Shown one piece after another: positions 1 to 10,726 of a DNA stretch of 64,000 bases. The translations under genes and the position numbers were made by a program. Source of the stretch: Somniosus microcephalus. Lineage: Eukaryota. The stretch is from NCBI GenBank assembly GCA_052327205.1, contig CM126220.1:30628001-30692000 (forward strand), in the 5' to 3' direction. The notes beneath the pieces are model-generated. The model was given only the letters and a program-made list of their open reading frames with translations, ran no database searches and was not told the origin of the DNA. Numbering within the stretch: the stretch's first letter is position 1; each line of letters starts with the position of its first letter.

Positions 1-120
1 TTCCAGATTTCCATTCCACTTTGTGTGATAAAGTGCTTCACAATTTCACTCCTAAATGGCCCAGCTCTAATTTTAAGATTATGCCCGCTTGTTCTAGATT
101 CCCCCACCAGAGGAAATAGT
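1..120 (-). mobile_element. CR1 LINE 3' fragment (old)
   Basis: Reverse complement reads like the CR1 ORF2 C-terminus (LFPLVGESRTSGHNLKIR...), similar to other CR1 copies in the window. Confidence 0.7.
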
Positions 121-1399
121 ATTCCAGGAAAGTTATTGCCTTCATAAGAGGAGGGGGAGAGAATGAGTAAATATCCCTGAAGCTAAAATCTAAATTGCTG
201 GTTTATTTAAAAGGGGTTGAAGTGTGCAGTCGGAACTGTTCCTCATCACGTGATTCTAAAACATAAGCCAACTTCTTCCTGGTCCCGCTACAACCTGACA
301 CACTTAACAGGGTGAATTATCACAAACATTTTTACAGTAAATTTCCCTGCTGGCCATGAAGAGGTTAGATTTACTGGACGTGTACTGAGACCCTTTCAGT
401 GATGGCCTGGGCATGATATGCCCTGATACCAGCACTCCCATGGCAACAACCCTGACATCACTGTAAGACTCACTTCCCACCTGTCCGGGGACTTCCAGCT
501 GATAACTCTGTTTTTCTCTCTCTCCTTCTCCCTGTCATCTCCCTGCAAGACTGATTCCATTCCATCTGATTTCTAAATTAAACATTTCCTTCTGTACTGT
601 TGCCTTTCGGCTGTTCTATTCTTTCTAAAATCTTTCAAATCATAAAGGCGACTTTAACAGATTTGATGTAACCCTGCAGTGGGCCCAAAACCCCCCACCT
701 CCTGCCTTTCTCTTTCCTTCACCTCTTTAAAAAAAAAACACACAAGCACATTTGAAATGTTCAATCTGCTCAGTCTTTTTAATAAAATTCCCCATCTTGA
801 AATGGTAATCACAAAAGATTTCCTAAAAAACTGTTATCGGGCTCCAGCCGATGTAATATGCTCGCGTGACACTTGAGGTTTGAGTGGTTGCCTGCTGCCC
901 TCTCTCAGGGGCCGATCTGTTTGTAGCCCTTGGCAATCGTTCAGGCCGCCTGGTGAAATAAATTGATTTCTTATAGCTGCAGTGCTGCGGGTTTAATGAA
1001 TCTGTTAGTAGCTGCTCTCTGCTCAAACTATCCCGGCCTTCTGTGAACCTTGATTTCATTAAACAGAGAGACTCCAACTCATCCGTTAAGGAAAGGCCAT
1101 GTCTTCTTTACGTGGGATTTCTTTTTTTTAAAACTTTGTTGTGCTTATTTGATAGACTAAACAGACAGCTGCTAGGCTAAAGCAGAGCACTGCATTCTGC
1201 AGAGTCCCCACAGCGCTGGTAGTTTTGCTATTTGTGTAAATAAATAAATATGAGGAAGCCCTTAAAACCAAACTCCAGTGACAATCCCTCTACCATTTTC
1301 CACCGTGATATGCGGGAAATATTATTTTCTCTGCGAATCAATATGGAAAAATATTTCTTTTAAAAGCGCACTAATTCTTATAAAATTGTGTAATAATTC

Positions 1400-1850
1400 T
1401 GTTCATCCTAATTTTCCTCCACTCCTCTCCCAGAAATGTTGACTCCCTGGTGTTGCACTATTGCACAGTTTGGCACGGGATGTGCGCTCGCAAACTGCCC
1501 GCCATATTGGACGCTTAGGAGCCCCTTTTACGCCTGAAAAACAGGTGCGGCGCCAATCAATTTCTCGCCTTGAATGTTCGCAGGCTACTTAATTATAGAG
1601 GACATTATTACTAAGCCCAATCCTGTCCACAGCCAATGCCCACACATGCATACTTTCCAGCGGGCAGTCACTGGATAGCGATCGGGTGGCGGGAGCCCTG
1701 GCTGATATTTTCTCCTCATTAACCCAGGTGTGATGTGGTCAATATTATTGCCCCAATTGCTACCTGACTGAGATCAGCTAACAGCATAGTGGAGACCTTC
1801 TGTTATGTATGGCCCATATATGTCACCCACGCTGGGTAGTGCATGTTCCA
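1400..1850 (-). mobile_element. Ancient SINE-like family copy, with a MITE-end remnant at ~1480-1570
   Basis: Shares the motif ctttccagc..gtcactggatagcgatc with reverse/forward copies at 8.7, 20.3, 23.5, 30.6, 35.9 and 56.4 kb. Confidence 0.55.
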
Positions 1851-2544
1851 GAATTGCTGTATTAATTATGATTATGGGCCCCAGACTGTTTTTTCAGACA
1901 TTATGCAGTGATCTGTTTATTGGACAATCTGATCACAGAGAATAGCCCTATGTTCAAAGAGAGCTCACTGGTTCGTTCCCAGAGAGCATGAATTTGCCTA
2001 ATAAGTTGTCTCACGGGGGATGTACTTTTTTATATAAAGCTCTAAGATGTTGCTGTTTGTTTGTTGTAGATTCTTGATACTTCTTAAGTGTCTTAGCAGC
2101 AAGTGAACGGCTAAAAGCCGTAAACAATCAGCTATACATGTCAGAGGAACAGCAATATCTTCAAACCCAATAGATCACAGCTCTATGGTTAATATTCCAA
2201 ATCAATCTACTTACACATAATAACAATTCCTGTTTTATCTCCATATCCAACTTGACCTCCAGGAATTGCAGGGGTGGGGGGGGGGGGATCAGTTGTAGGG
2301 TAGGGGGTGATATTGATCAGAGCTCAGGTGGTTTAAGATCAGTTTCATCTTATCCTGGTGATGGAACCCCATTAGATTTCATGCCGCCGTAGATTAATGG
2401 AACGTGCAGAAGAAATATTAAACACACCGTAACTTGTCTCTCTCAGGTATTTTCAGCAATAGAGGAAATGTCAATTACGGTTTTAGTGCAAGCTATAGGC
2501 TTCAGATTTGGAATGTGGCAGAATGCAAAGAAGGGACTGGCAAA

Positions 2545-2870
2545 ATACTGAGGGAGTGCCATGTGACATTAAACTGAGGCCGGGTCTGCCCTCTCAGGTG
2601 GATGTAAAAGATCCCATGGCACTATTTTGAAGAAGAGCAGGGGAGTTATCCCCGGTGTCCTGGCCAATATTTATCCCTCAATCAGCATCACTAAAACAGA
2701 TTATTTGCTCATTGTCACATTGCTGTTTGTGGAGCTTGCTGTGCGCAAATTGGTTGCCGTGTTTCCTACATTACAACAGTGACTACACTCCAAAAAGTAC
2801 TTCATTGGCTGTAAAGTGTTTTGGGACGTCCTGTGGTCGCGAAAGGCGCTATATAAATGCAAGTCTTTTT
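2545..2870 (+). mobile_element. Deu-domain SINE (SacSINE1/AmnSINE1-like) with L2-type tail
   Basis: Deu core ctctcaggtggatgtaaaagatcccatggcactatttt..gtgtcctggccaatatttatccctca and tail ggcgctatataaatgcaagtcttt. Confidence 0.85.
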
Positions 2871-2889
2871 TTTCCTCTTTTTTCTATTA

Positions 2890-3112
2890 TGAGGTCCGTC
2901 GCATTGCTGATGCTGAATGTAAACACCAGCTGAGGAAGTCTCATTTGAGAAATCAAGATTCTCAACCTGGTGTATCGGGGATCCACTGTTCAATCTACGG
3001 ATGCACATTCAGAGCAAAAATAGGTCTCGTCAGTCACCAAAGAACTCACTGCAAAGAATGAGGCGACATTCTTGCTGTCTTCTTCGATATCAAAGAATGA
3101 ACAGCGACGACT
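2890..3112 (+). mobile_element. RTE-clade LINE 3' fragment
   Basis: Encodes C..(Y)GCTFRAKIGLVSHQRTH, the RTE ORF C-terminal motif, followed by a short repeat tail. Confidence 0.7.
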
Positions 3113-3139
3113 ATTTCTGCAGCGGGGTTCAGTTAATTC

Positions 3140-3248
3140 AGTGCTATTTGTGGGAGCTTGCTGTGCGCAAATTGTCTGTTGTGTTTCCCTACATTACAAC
3201 AGTGACTACACTTCAAAAAGTATTTCATTGGTTGTAAAGCACTTTAGG
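3140..3248 (+). mobile_element. Deu-SINE tail, 5' half (interrupted by CR1; resumes at 8588)
   Basis: Matches 2720-2822; the continuation atgtcctgaggttgtgaaa..gctatagaaatgcaagtctttc is at 8588-8634. Confidence 0.8.
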
Positions 3249-3695
3249 AGATTCACCAGGATGTTACCTGGGCTGGAGTGCTTCAGCTATGAGGAGAGAC
3301 TGGACAGGCTGGGGTTGTTTTCCTTGGAGCAGAGAAGGCTGAGGGGGGACCTGATAGAGGTGTACAAAATTATGAGGGGCATAGATAGGATAGATAGAAA
3401 TGAACTCTTCCCCTTAGTAGAGGGGTCAATAACCAGGGGGCATAGTTTCAAGTTAAGGGGCAGGAGGTTTCGAGGGGATTTGAGGATGGTTGGAATCTGG
3501 AACTCACTGCCTGAACGGGTGGTAGAGGCAGGAACCCTCACAACATTCAAGAAGCATTTAGATGAGCACTTGAAACACCATAGCATACAAGGCTACGGAC
3601 CAAGTGCTGGAAAATGGGATTAGAATAGATAGGGCTTGATGGCCGGCACAGACACGATGGGCCAAAGGGCCTCTTTCTGTGCTGTATAACTCTAT
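3248..3695 (+). mobile_element. CR1 LINE 3' end (5'-truncated); tail split by Harbinger
   Basis: RRFTRMLPGLECFSYEERLDRLGLFSLEQRRLRGDLIEVYKI...WNSLP; the tail ataactctat continues as tatgactctatg at 8576-8587. Confidence 0.92.
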
Positions 3696-4432
3696 GGGGG
3701 AGAAATTCGGTATCGCCCCATTTGGGGCGCAATTATCGGCCGGGCGCAAAGATTAGCGCCTGGCGCTAATCATCGCCTCCAACTGCAAACTTGGCTTTTC
3801 TCGCCCCTGGAGGTGATTGGAGCGCTAAATCAGGCGCTACACAACTCTCTTAAGGCGCTAAGGCCAAGGAGCGAGGCGCTACCTCAGAGAGCAGGTGCAG
3901 GTGCTGTCAGTTAGCGATTGAACACAGACACACTGGCGCCGGTCAGTTCTTAAAGGGGAGGGTTGATCTTGCTCTGCAGCTACACCCTACTCACTGGAGC
4001 CTTGAATCTCGGCCTGGGCAGACCTGTGGCTAAATCTAGCAGCCAGACACTATAGAAAGGGCCAGGGAGCGAGCACAGCGCTTCTGCGAGCGGGCTTTGG
4101 AGGCTCTGGTTCGCGGGGTGGAGCGCAGAAGATCCATTCTGTACCCAAAGAGTGGCAGGAGGCCTTTGCCACGCGAGTACAGAAGAGTGTGGAGGGAGGT
4201 GGCTCAAAGCGTTTCCTCAAGCAGCATGGTGCCTAGGACCCCTGTGCAATGTAGGAAAAAGTTCAACGACCTCACTCAGGTCGTCAGGGTGAGTGCCTTT
4301 TTTTTTCAAAACCTCTTCATCCCTCCATCTCAACCTCACTTTATGGCCAGAGGGTCTTGAAAGCCCCAATGCCCAACACTCATCCAACACCTATGGCCCT
4401 TTCATCAAACACACACGCACATCCCACACTTT

Positions 4433-5188
4433 GCATACAGTAAGGGCTATTCAACTATGGGAGGCACATCAGGCAAGACCATGGCTGCATACAGTAAGGG
4501 CTATTCAACTATGGGAGGCATATCAGGCAAGACCATGGCTGCATACAGTAAGGGCTATTCAGCTATGGGAGGCATATCAGGCAAGACCCTGGCTGCATAC
4601 AGTAAGAGCTATTCAACTATGGGAGACATATCAGGCAAGACCTTGGCTGCATACAGTAAGGGCTATTCAACTATGGGAGGCATATCAGGCAAGACCATGG
4701 CTGCATACAGTAAGGGCTATTCAGCTATGGGAGGCATATCAGGCAAGACCCTGGCTGCATACAGTAATAGCTATTCAACTATGGGAGACATATCAGGCAA
4801 GACCTTGGCTGCATACAGTAAGGGCTATTCAACTATGGGAGGCATATCAGGCAAGACCATGGCTGCATACAGTAAGGGCTATTCAGCTATGGGAGGCATA
4901 TCAGGCAAGACCCTGGCTGCATACAGTAAGAGCTATTCAACTATGGGAGACATATCAGGCAAGACCTTGGCTGCATACAGTAAGGGCTATTCAACTATGG
5001 GAGGCATATCAGGCAAGACCATGGCTGCATACAGTAAGGGCTATTCAGCTATGGGAGGCATATCAGGCAAGACCCTGGCTGCATACAGTAATAGCTATTC
5101 AACTATGGGAGACATATCAGGCAAGACCTTGGCTGCATACAGTAAGGGCTATTCAACTATGGGAGGCATATCAGGCAAGACCATAGCT
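4433..5188 (+). repeat. 54-bp minisatellite, 14 copies, in intron 1 of the Myb gene
   Basis: Unit GCATACAGTAAGGGCTATTCAACTATGGGAGGCATATCAGGCAAGACCATGGCT; 756 bp = 14 x 54. Confidence 0.97.
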
Positions 5189-5996
5189 GTATATTTACTC
5201 AGACGCCGCCCTTTTTCTTGCAGGCCAAGCTGTCTCATAATAGGAGACAGCAGCAACGCACCAGTGGAGGGCGGCCTCAGCTTCAACCCCTCAGCGATCT
5301 TGAGGAGCGCATCCACAGGATTGTGGCAAGCCGGGTGATTGGTCCCGTCACCACTGGAGATGCTGACCCCGTTCTGGACAGCAATGGTAAGGTCAACAGC
5401 AGCCTTTGACGCTTTCAATCCAAATCACTAAATCGCTGCACTCATGCCTCCCTTGCTGCCACCCTGTCCTCACGCTAAAGCCACTCTTGTACCTCCCTGC
5501 TTTCAGATGGTGATTCACCAAGTGAGGAGCCGGGCCCTCAAGCTGCCAGTGAGAGTGAAGCTGAAGGCGAGGAGGAAGAGGAAGCCAGACCATCAGCGCC
5601 ACCCTCAACCGAGGCAGCCCATGCCCATACTGGCGACATGCCTACCCTGGAGGGGAGCAGGGGGGAATGGTCTGATGAGGGTGAAGCTCCAGGACCCAGC
5701 GGGCGGCAGCAACGCGATGGGGATAGGGAAGCTCGGGGGCCTTCTCCCCGGAGGGAGAGTATGGCCTCGAGTCCTGCTGCACTGGACGCAGACGAGGAGC
5801 GGGTCCTCGCTGAAATGAGCGCCCAGGCGGAGCAAAGGCACACTGAGCTCATGGCTGCAGTGGCAAGGTTGCCCGAATCCATTGAATCACTGGCAAGGAG
5901 TGTGGAGCACTTCGCTGTAGCACAGGCGGTTGCCACGCAAATGCTAAGTGCTGCAATGCAGTCAGTGGCTGGTCTCATGCAAACGCAGATTGAGGC

Positions 5997-6222
5997 TGTT
6001 ATAAATCTCATCATCAAGAAACTACTCATGAAATAATGCTGGATGGCCAGCTGGTGGCGCCGTCCAAGGAGTATAAATACTCGGGCGTGGGCCCAGCTTT
6101 CCAGGAACATTTTGTAAGACAAGGAGCTAGTGAAGTACAACTAGACTTCCATGTTCTGAAACAAGTTGATTAAAGCCTTGCTTTATACTCAAACCAAGTG
6201 CGTAGTGAGTTTTATTACATCA
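5997..6222 (+). mobile_element. Solo LTR (226 bp)
   Basis: TG...CA ends (TGTTATAAA...TTTATTACATCA), 5-bp TSD GAGGC (5992-5996 and 6223-6227), internal TATAAATA (~6072) and ATTAAA (~6169). Confidence 0.85.
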
Positions 6223-6933
6223 GAGGCCACGCGAGCACTGACTGCTGCCACCCTCGCTGGATCGGGCACATTTCCCCAGGGTTCTCACCGCACCACAGCA
6301 GGCCAGCAATCTGTGCTCCATCAGATTGCTCTGGATGCTGAAGTGCTGCCCCGTGGGAGTGCCAGTGTGTCGGTCGAGCAGGGAGTTGCTGTCCTCTCTC
6401 AAGATGACAGCATTGCTGCTGCCACCACTGGCACTTCTCCACTGCAGTTGCCACCACCTGTAGGGCAGACTGCTGCCGCCCATGCAGAGTTGGTGCAGTC
6501 AGCAGCCGGGCCCTCCAGGCCCAGAGCTGGTCCAGGCTGTCCCTCAAGGGCATCTGCAGTCTCAGTTTCTGACACTCAGCAGCCTTCCCGGAAGCAGATC
6601 ACCCTCGAAGGGCAAAAAGTAGGAGGTGTGGCAAAATGTTTTTCATTGTTTTATTGAAGGCTGAAGTTCGTGGTCAAATTTTTGTAACTGTTTTGGACAT
6701 TGTCTCCAGGTTGTGAGAGTCAGTTATGTGAATGACTGCTTTTATTTGTGTTTCTTTCTATTACTTTGTCATGCGGAAATGAGACACACAGAGTTTGTGA
6801 AATAAAGAAGTGTCTGTATTCAAAATGTACATGTTTGGTCTTTGCACTCATTGTTGCCTTAACCGGCTTAGGGGTTGCGGGTTGGTTTCATTCAGGTTGT
6901 TTGAATGGCAGAAGCCATTCCCTCAGAGGGGGC

Positions 6934-8065
6934 CTAGAAGCGACTTGCTATGAGCCTTTGACGGATGGCCCTTCCACTTTGTGCCTCCCTCCCGCCTTGG
7001 TGCTGCTGATGATCATCCTCCTCATCTTCCTCCTCCTCCTCCTCCTCCTCCTCTAGTAGTGCTCCAATGTCTGGTGGCATTGGCTGGGTCCTGAGGATTG
7101 CCAGGTTATGCAGCATGTAGCACACAACAATGAAGTGGGAGACTCGTGAGTACTGCAGGCTCCTCCAGAATGGTCCAGACAGCGGAACCGTTGCTTGAGC
7201 ACACCGATTGTGTGCTCAACGATGTTCCTGGTAGCTTGATGGCTCTCGTTGTATCGCAGCTCAGCAGGGGTGCTGGGCGTACGGAGTGGTGTCATCAGCC
7301 AGGTGCACAGAGAATATCCCTTGTCTCCGAGAAGCCAACCTCCTGGGTGATGCGGTGCCTGGAAAAGGTCTGCCACAGAAGTCTGGTGCAGGATGAAGGC
7401 ACCGTGGCTGCTGCCTGGAAAGTGGGCATTGACAGCGAGTATCAGCTGCCTGTGGTCACAGACCAACTGCACGTTTAAGGAATGGAAGCCCTTTCGGTTG
7501 CGGAAATCCTCGGCGCCCGCAAAGCCACATGCATGCAGTCAATGGCGCCCTGCACCATGGGGAAGCCCGCTATCCTAGTAAAGCCCGTTGCGCATTCTTG
7601 CTGCTTGTCCGGGGTCATGGGGAAAGAGATGTACTCTCGTCTCCTTTTAAAGAGGGCATTTGTTACCTGACAGATACAGCAATGCACCGCAAACTGGGAG
7701 ATATTGGCGATGTCCCCAGTAGCTGATTGAAATGAGCCAGTGGCATAAAAGTTGAGAGCCACTGTTATCTTCACTGCCACTGACAGAGACGTCCTGCTCC
7801 TCAGTTGAGGCTGCAGATCTGGCTGAAGCAGGTGGCAGAGCTCCATGACCAACTCCTTGCTGAATCGCAGCCTTCGCAAACAGTGCTCCTCAGACATATT
7901 AATGTAGGAGAACTGTTGGCGAAAAACCCTGGGAGGGTAAGGTCTCCTGTACCGAGGCCTGTTGGCCCTCCTCCGTCTGGCCATGATTGCCACTCTCTCT
8001 CTGCATCTCTGTGCCCTCCGAATGTGATGAAGAAGGATGACGTTCCCATCCATTGCAGCCCCCAT
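6934..8065 (-). pseudogene. Harbinger DDE transposase (HARBI1-like family), frameshifted
   Basis: [71 protein letters not shown], acidic tail; frameshifts near 7512 and ~7150. Confidence 0.93.
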
Positions 8066-8587
8066 AATATCTGGGCAATCAAAGTTATGAAGGTCAAAAA
8101 GCAAAGTACCTGCAAAGTTATGGTCAGACGCCAAAACTACCTCAGATAGCGTTGACTCAATGAAGAAGTCTCTCTTTCTCTCTCTGCAAATCTCTCTCTC
8201 TCTCTCAGAACGAGTGGTGCAAAAATGGCTACCACACAAAAGCCAGGAAGAGGCCCCCTTTAAATAGCGCCACCCCAGCCCCACAGCGACTGGGATGCAT
8301 TCCAGTCAACCTGTCGTTGGTAGCGCCAGGCAGAAAGGAGGGGGGCGCCACTGAATTTCCGGTCTGGGGCGCCCCAAGGGCGTTGCACTCTCGAATGACG
8401 TCAAGATCTGCATGTGCAGGAGATCGGGCGGTGTTGTTTAGCGCCGCCGCAAAATGTCTGGTCAATTTCGCGAGAGGCGCAGATATCGCCGCGCCCGGGC
8501 GCTAGTTGGTTTGCACCCCACTTAGCGCGGTCTTAAGGCACTAACGGGTGGCGCTACCAACTGAATTTTTCCCCCTATGACTCTATG

Positions 8588-8634
8588 ATGTCCTGAGGTT
8601 GTGAAACACGCTATAGAAATGCAAGTCTTTCTTT
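8588..8634 (+). mobile_element. Deu-SINE tail, 3' half
   Basis: Continues 3140-3248; matches 2826-2870. Confidence 0.8.
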
Positions 8635-8734
8635 ACGGTAAAATGAGGAAAATGTCATTTAATTTTAGTCCTGATTTCTGCTTTACTACTTGAGTGTCCT
8701 TATTCCGTGTCATGTAGGCTTTTCTATGTGAGTG

Positions 8735-9090
8735 ACGGGCCAGTAGGTAAATACACTACAGGATGTTCAACTGAGCCATCCAGAGCAAGAAACACCAGGG
8801 CCACTTCTTGGTCTGTGCTCTGTGCTCTGAAGCAGCAGTATGGTACGACAACTGGCCTCTTTGTCACTAGACCATGGAGGTCGAAAAAAATTAGCCAGTG
8901 TGCCCGCTCCTGATCACTGTCTAGTGACCTTTGCAAGAAGGTGCGTGTGTCCGGATGTCGGGTGAAAACAGGATCAGACTTGTCTGTGAGGCTTCTCGAG
9001 GTAGAATAGCCTTCCAACACTCACTGCCTAGGTTCGTACGTGAAGTTTGATCGCTTGGGCGAGGAACCAGAGAGCATCCATGCATGTGTC
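8735..9090 (+). mobile_element. Ancient SINE-like family copy
   Basis: ctcctgatcactgtctagtgacc..aggtgcgtgtg..caggatcagactt, shared with other copies in the window. Confidence 0.55.
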
Positions 9091-9093
9091 AGT

Positions 9094-9287
9094 GGGGCAA
9101 ATTTTCATCTTTGCCACCTGGGCACAAAGCATCGTCTGGGCAGGGCACAGAAAGGAAAGGCAGAGGGCAAGTCAGGACTGGAGCTTGCTGAAGCTCCTTC
9201 CATTGTGGGCATGCGTTCATCCCCACCTGATTTTCCTCTTTGCGCTCTGCCCAAGTGATACCTTAGGTGGTAAAGACAAAAATCTAC
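9094..9287. mobile_element. MITE-like element with degenerate TIRs
   Basis: gcaaattttcatctttgccacctggg pairs with cttaggtggtaaagacaaaaatctac. Confidence 0.55.
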
Positions 9288-10411
9288 AGCAGTGTCCACT
9301 GCAGAGGTGGGGAGAAAATTGGAATTAAAAAAAATAAAATTCTTCTTTTAAAATCTGCAAAGGCATTTGGCAGATGCTTTCACTTTAAGGAGTGCAGCTG
9401 ACAGATGTTTGGTTCTCTTACCATTGGCTGCACTCCTAAGTATAAATGGCCTAACCCGAAAGGAATTAATGTGAACCTAATGATCTGCTCTTGTATTAAG
9501 GCCTCCTGTTGCAGCAACTATAAATATGGAATTAGTCCCATGTGTTTGCACTTTCTAGCAATCGTGTCTTTGTATGTTGTGATGCAGCCCAGCAGTTCCA
9601 TGGAGACCAGCACCTGACAACAAATGTATAAACGAGAGGGCAGGGCAAGGAGGCCGATCTCCCATGACAGGAACAAAGAAAGATAAAGTTAAAGCACCTT
9701 GAAATCTCAAAGGGTTGACAAGGCTCAGCCGTGAATATTTGTTGCTTCTAATCTCTTCTTTATGGTGTGGAAGCAAATATTTTTTCATTAATATACAGTG
9801 GCATAGTGATTTTAAAATGACAGCAAATTCATTCCATCATTAGAAGGTATTAGGCACGGGATAATTGATGGCTGATAGTCTAGCTCGCTGCTTGGATGTG
9901 ACAATGGGCTTTAATTGGATGAGGTAGCTAGCTTTATCTACAACCCAGGAAGCAATAAGTTTGAAGCAATCACTCTTGACTTTGGGAAGGAGCCCTGTGG
10001 TGAAGAAATCTTTAAACTGCAGCCATTACTGTACAAAGGTATTATGTCAAGAACCATTCCCAAACCCACAATCCATTATTCACATTTGCAATGAATATTC
10101 CTGGGAATTTCTACCCAGGTTGGCAGTCTTAGGATTTTGGGGACACAGTAAAAAAAAAAATCACTGATGGGCCTCTTTTGAATTATTTGCAATGCCACAT
10201 TTGGTTTTTTCTTGGGCAAGTACAAAATATTGCTAATCCTAATTCATCTCAAATGCAAATTGAACATCTGATACAAAAACTCACAGAATAGTTTTCCAAC
10301 AGATATTAATCATATATTTATTGTAAACTTCCTTGGTGACTGACCAGGCGACTCCCAGCATCCTTTGAAGTTGGGATTGTGCACTACTGCCGATAGCTGA
10401 AGAATTCTGCT

Positions 10412-10726
10412 CCTTCTCTTCTTCTTCTTAGGCAGTCCCTCGGAACCGAGGATGACTTGCTTCCGCATTAGAAATGAGTTCTCAGGTGGCTGATGAGTCC
10501 AATGCGGGACCTACAGTCTCTGTCACAGGTGGGGCAGACGGTGGTTGACAGGGCGGGTGGGTGGGGTGCTTGGGTTGACTTGTGCTGCCTGTGCTTGGCT
10601 TCCGCTAGCTCCCGGCGAAGAGACTCGAGGTGTTCGGCGCCTTCCCGGATGCTTCTCCTCCACTTTGTGCGGTCTTGGGCCAGAGATTCCCAGGTGTCGG
10701 TGGGGATGTTGCACTTTTCCAAGGAG
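10412..10726 (-). mobile_element. RTE LINE 3' fragment with (AAG)n tail
   Basis: TWESLAQDRTKWRRSIREG..CPTCDRDCRSRIGLISHLRTH; near-identical to 21525-21860. Confidence 0.9.

Larger units (their letters stand above)
4052..6657 (+). pseudogene. Harbinger Myb/SANT-like DNA-binding protein gene, 3 exons (4052-4288, 5224-5386, 5507-6657 minus the LTR)
   Basis: Exon 1 RFCERALEALVRGVERRR..WREVA..RTPVQCRKKFNDL (Myb/SANT-like); donors GTGAGT at 4289 and GTAAGG at 5387, acceptors ttgcag at 5223 and ttcag at 5506; frames join correctly. An in-frame ATA at 4052 is the probable mutated start. Confidence 0.85.
3696..8575. mobile_element. Full-length PIF/Harbinger DNA transposon (two-gene, inactivated)
   Basis: Left TIR GGGGGAGAAATTCGGT; right TIR (reverse complement) GGGGGAAAAATTCAGT; TAT TSD at 3693-3695 and 8576-8578; convergent Myb/SANT and DDE genes inside. 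Confidence 0.95.

Noticed and set aside
4293-5338. 297-aa and 293-aa repeat-protein ORFs
   Set aside because: They lie in the 54-bp minisatellite within a GT-AG intron of the Myb gene.
6934-8065. Domesticated host HARBI1 gene
   Set aside because: Frameshifted and enclosed by TIRs and a TSD, so it is a transposon copy.
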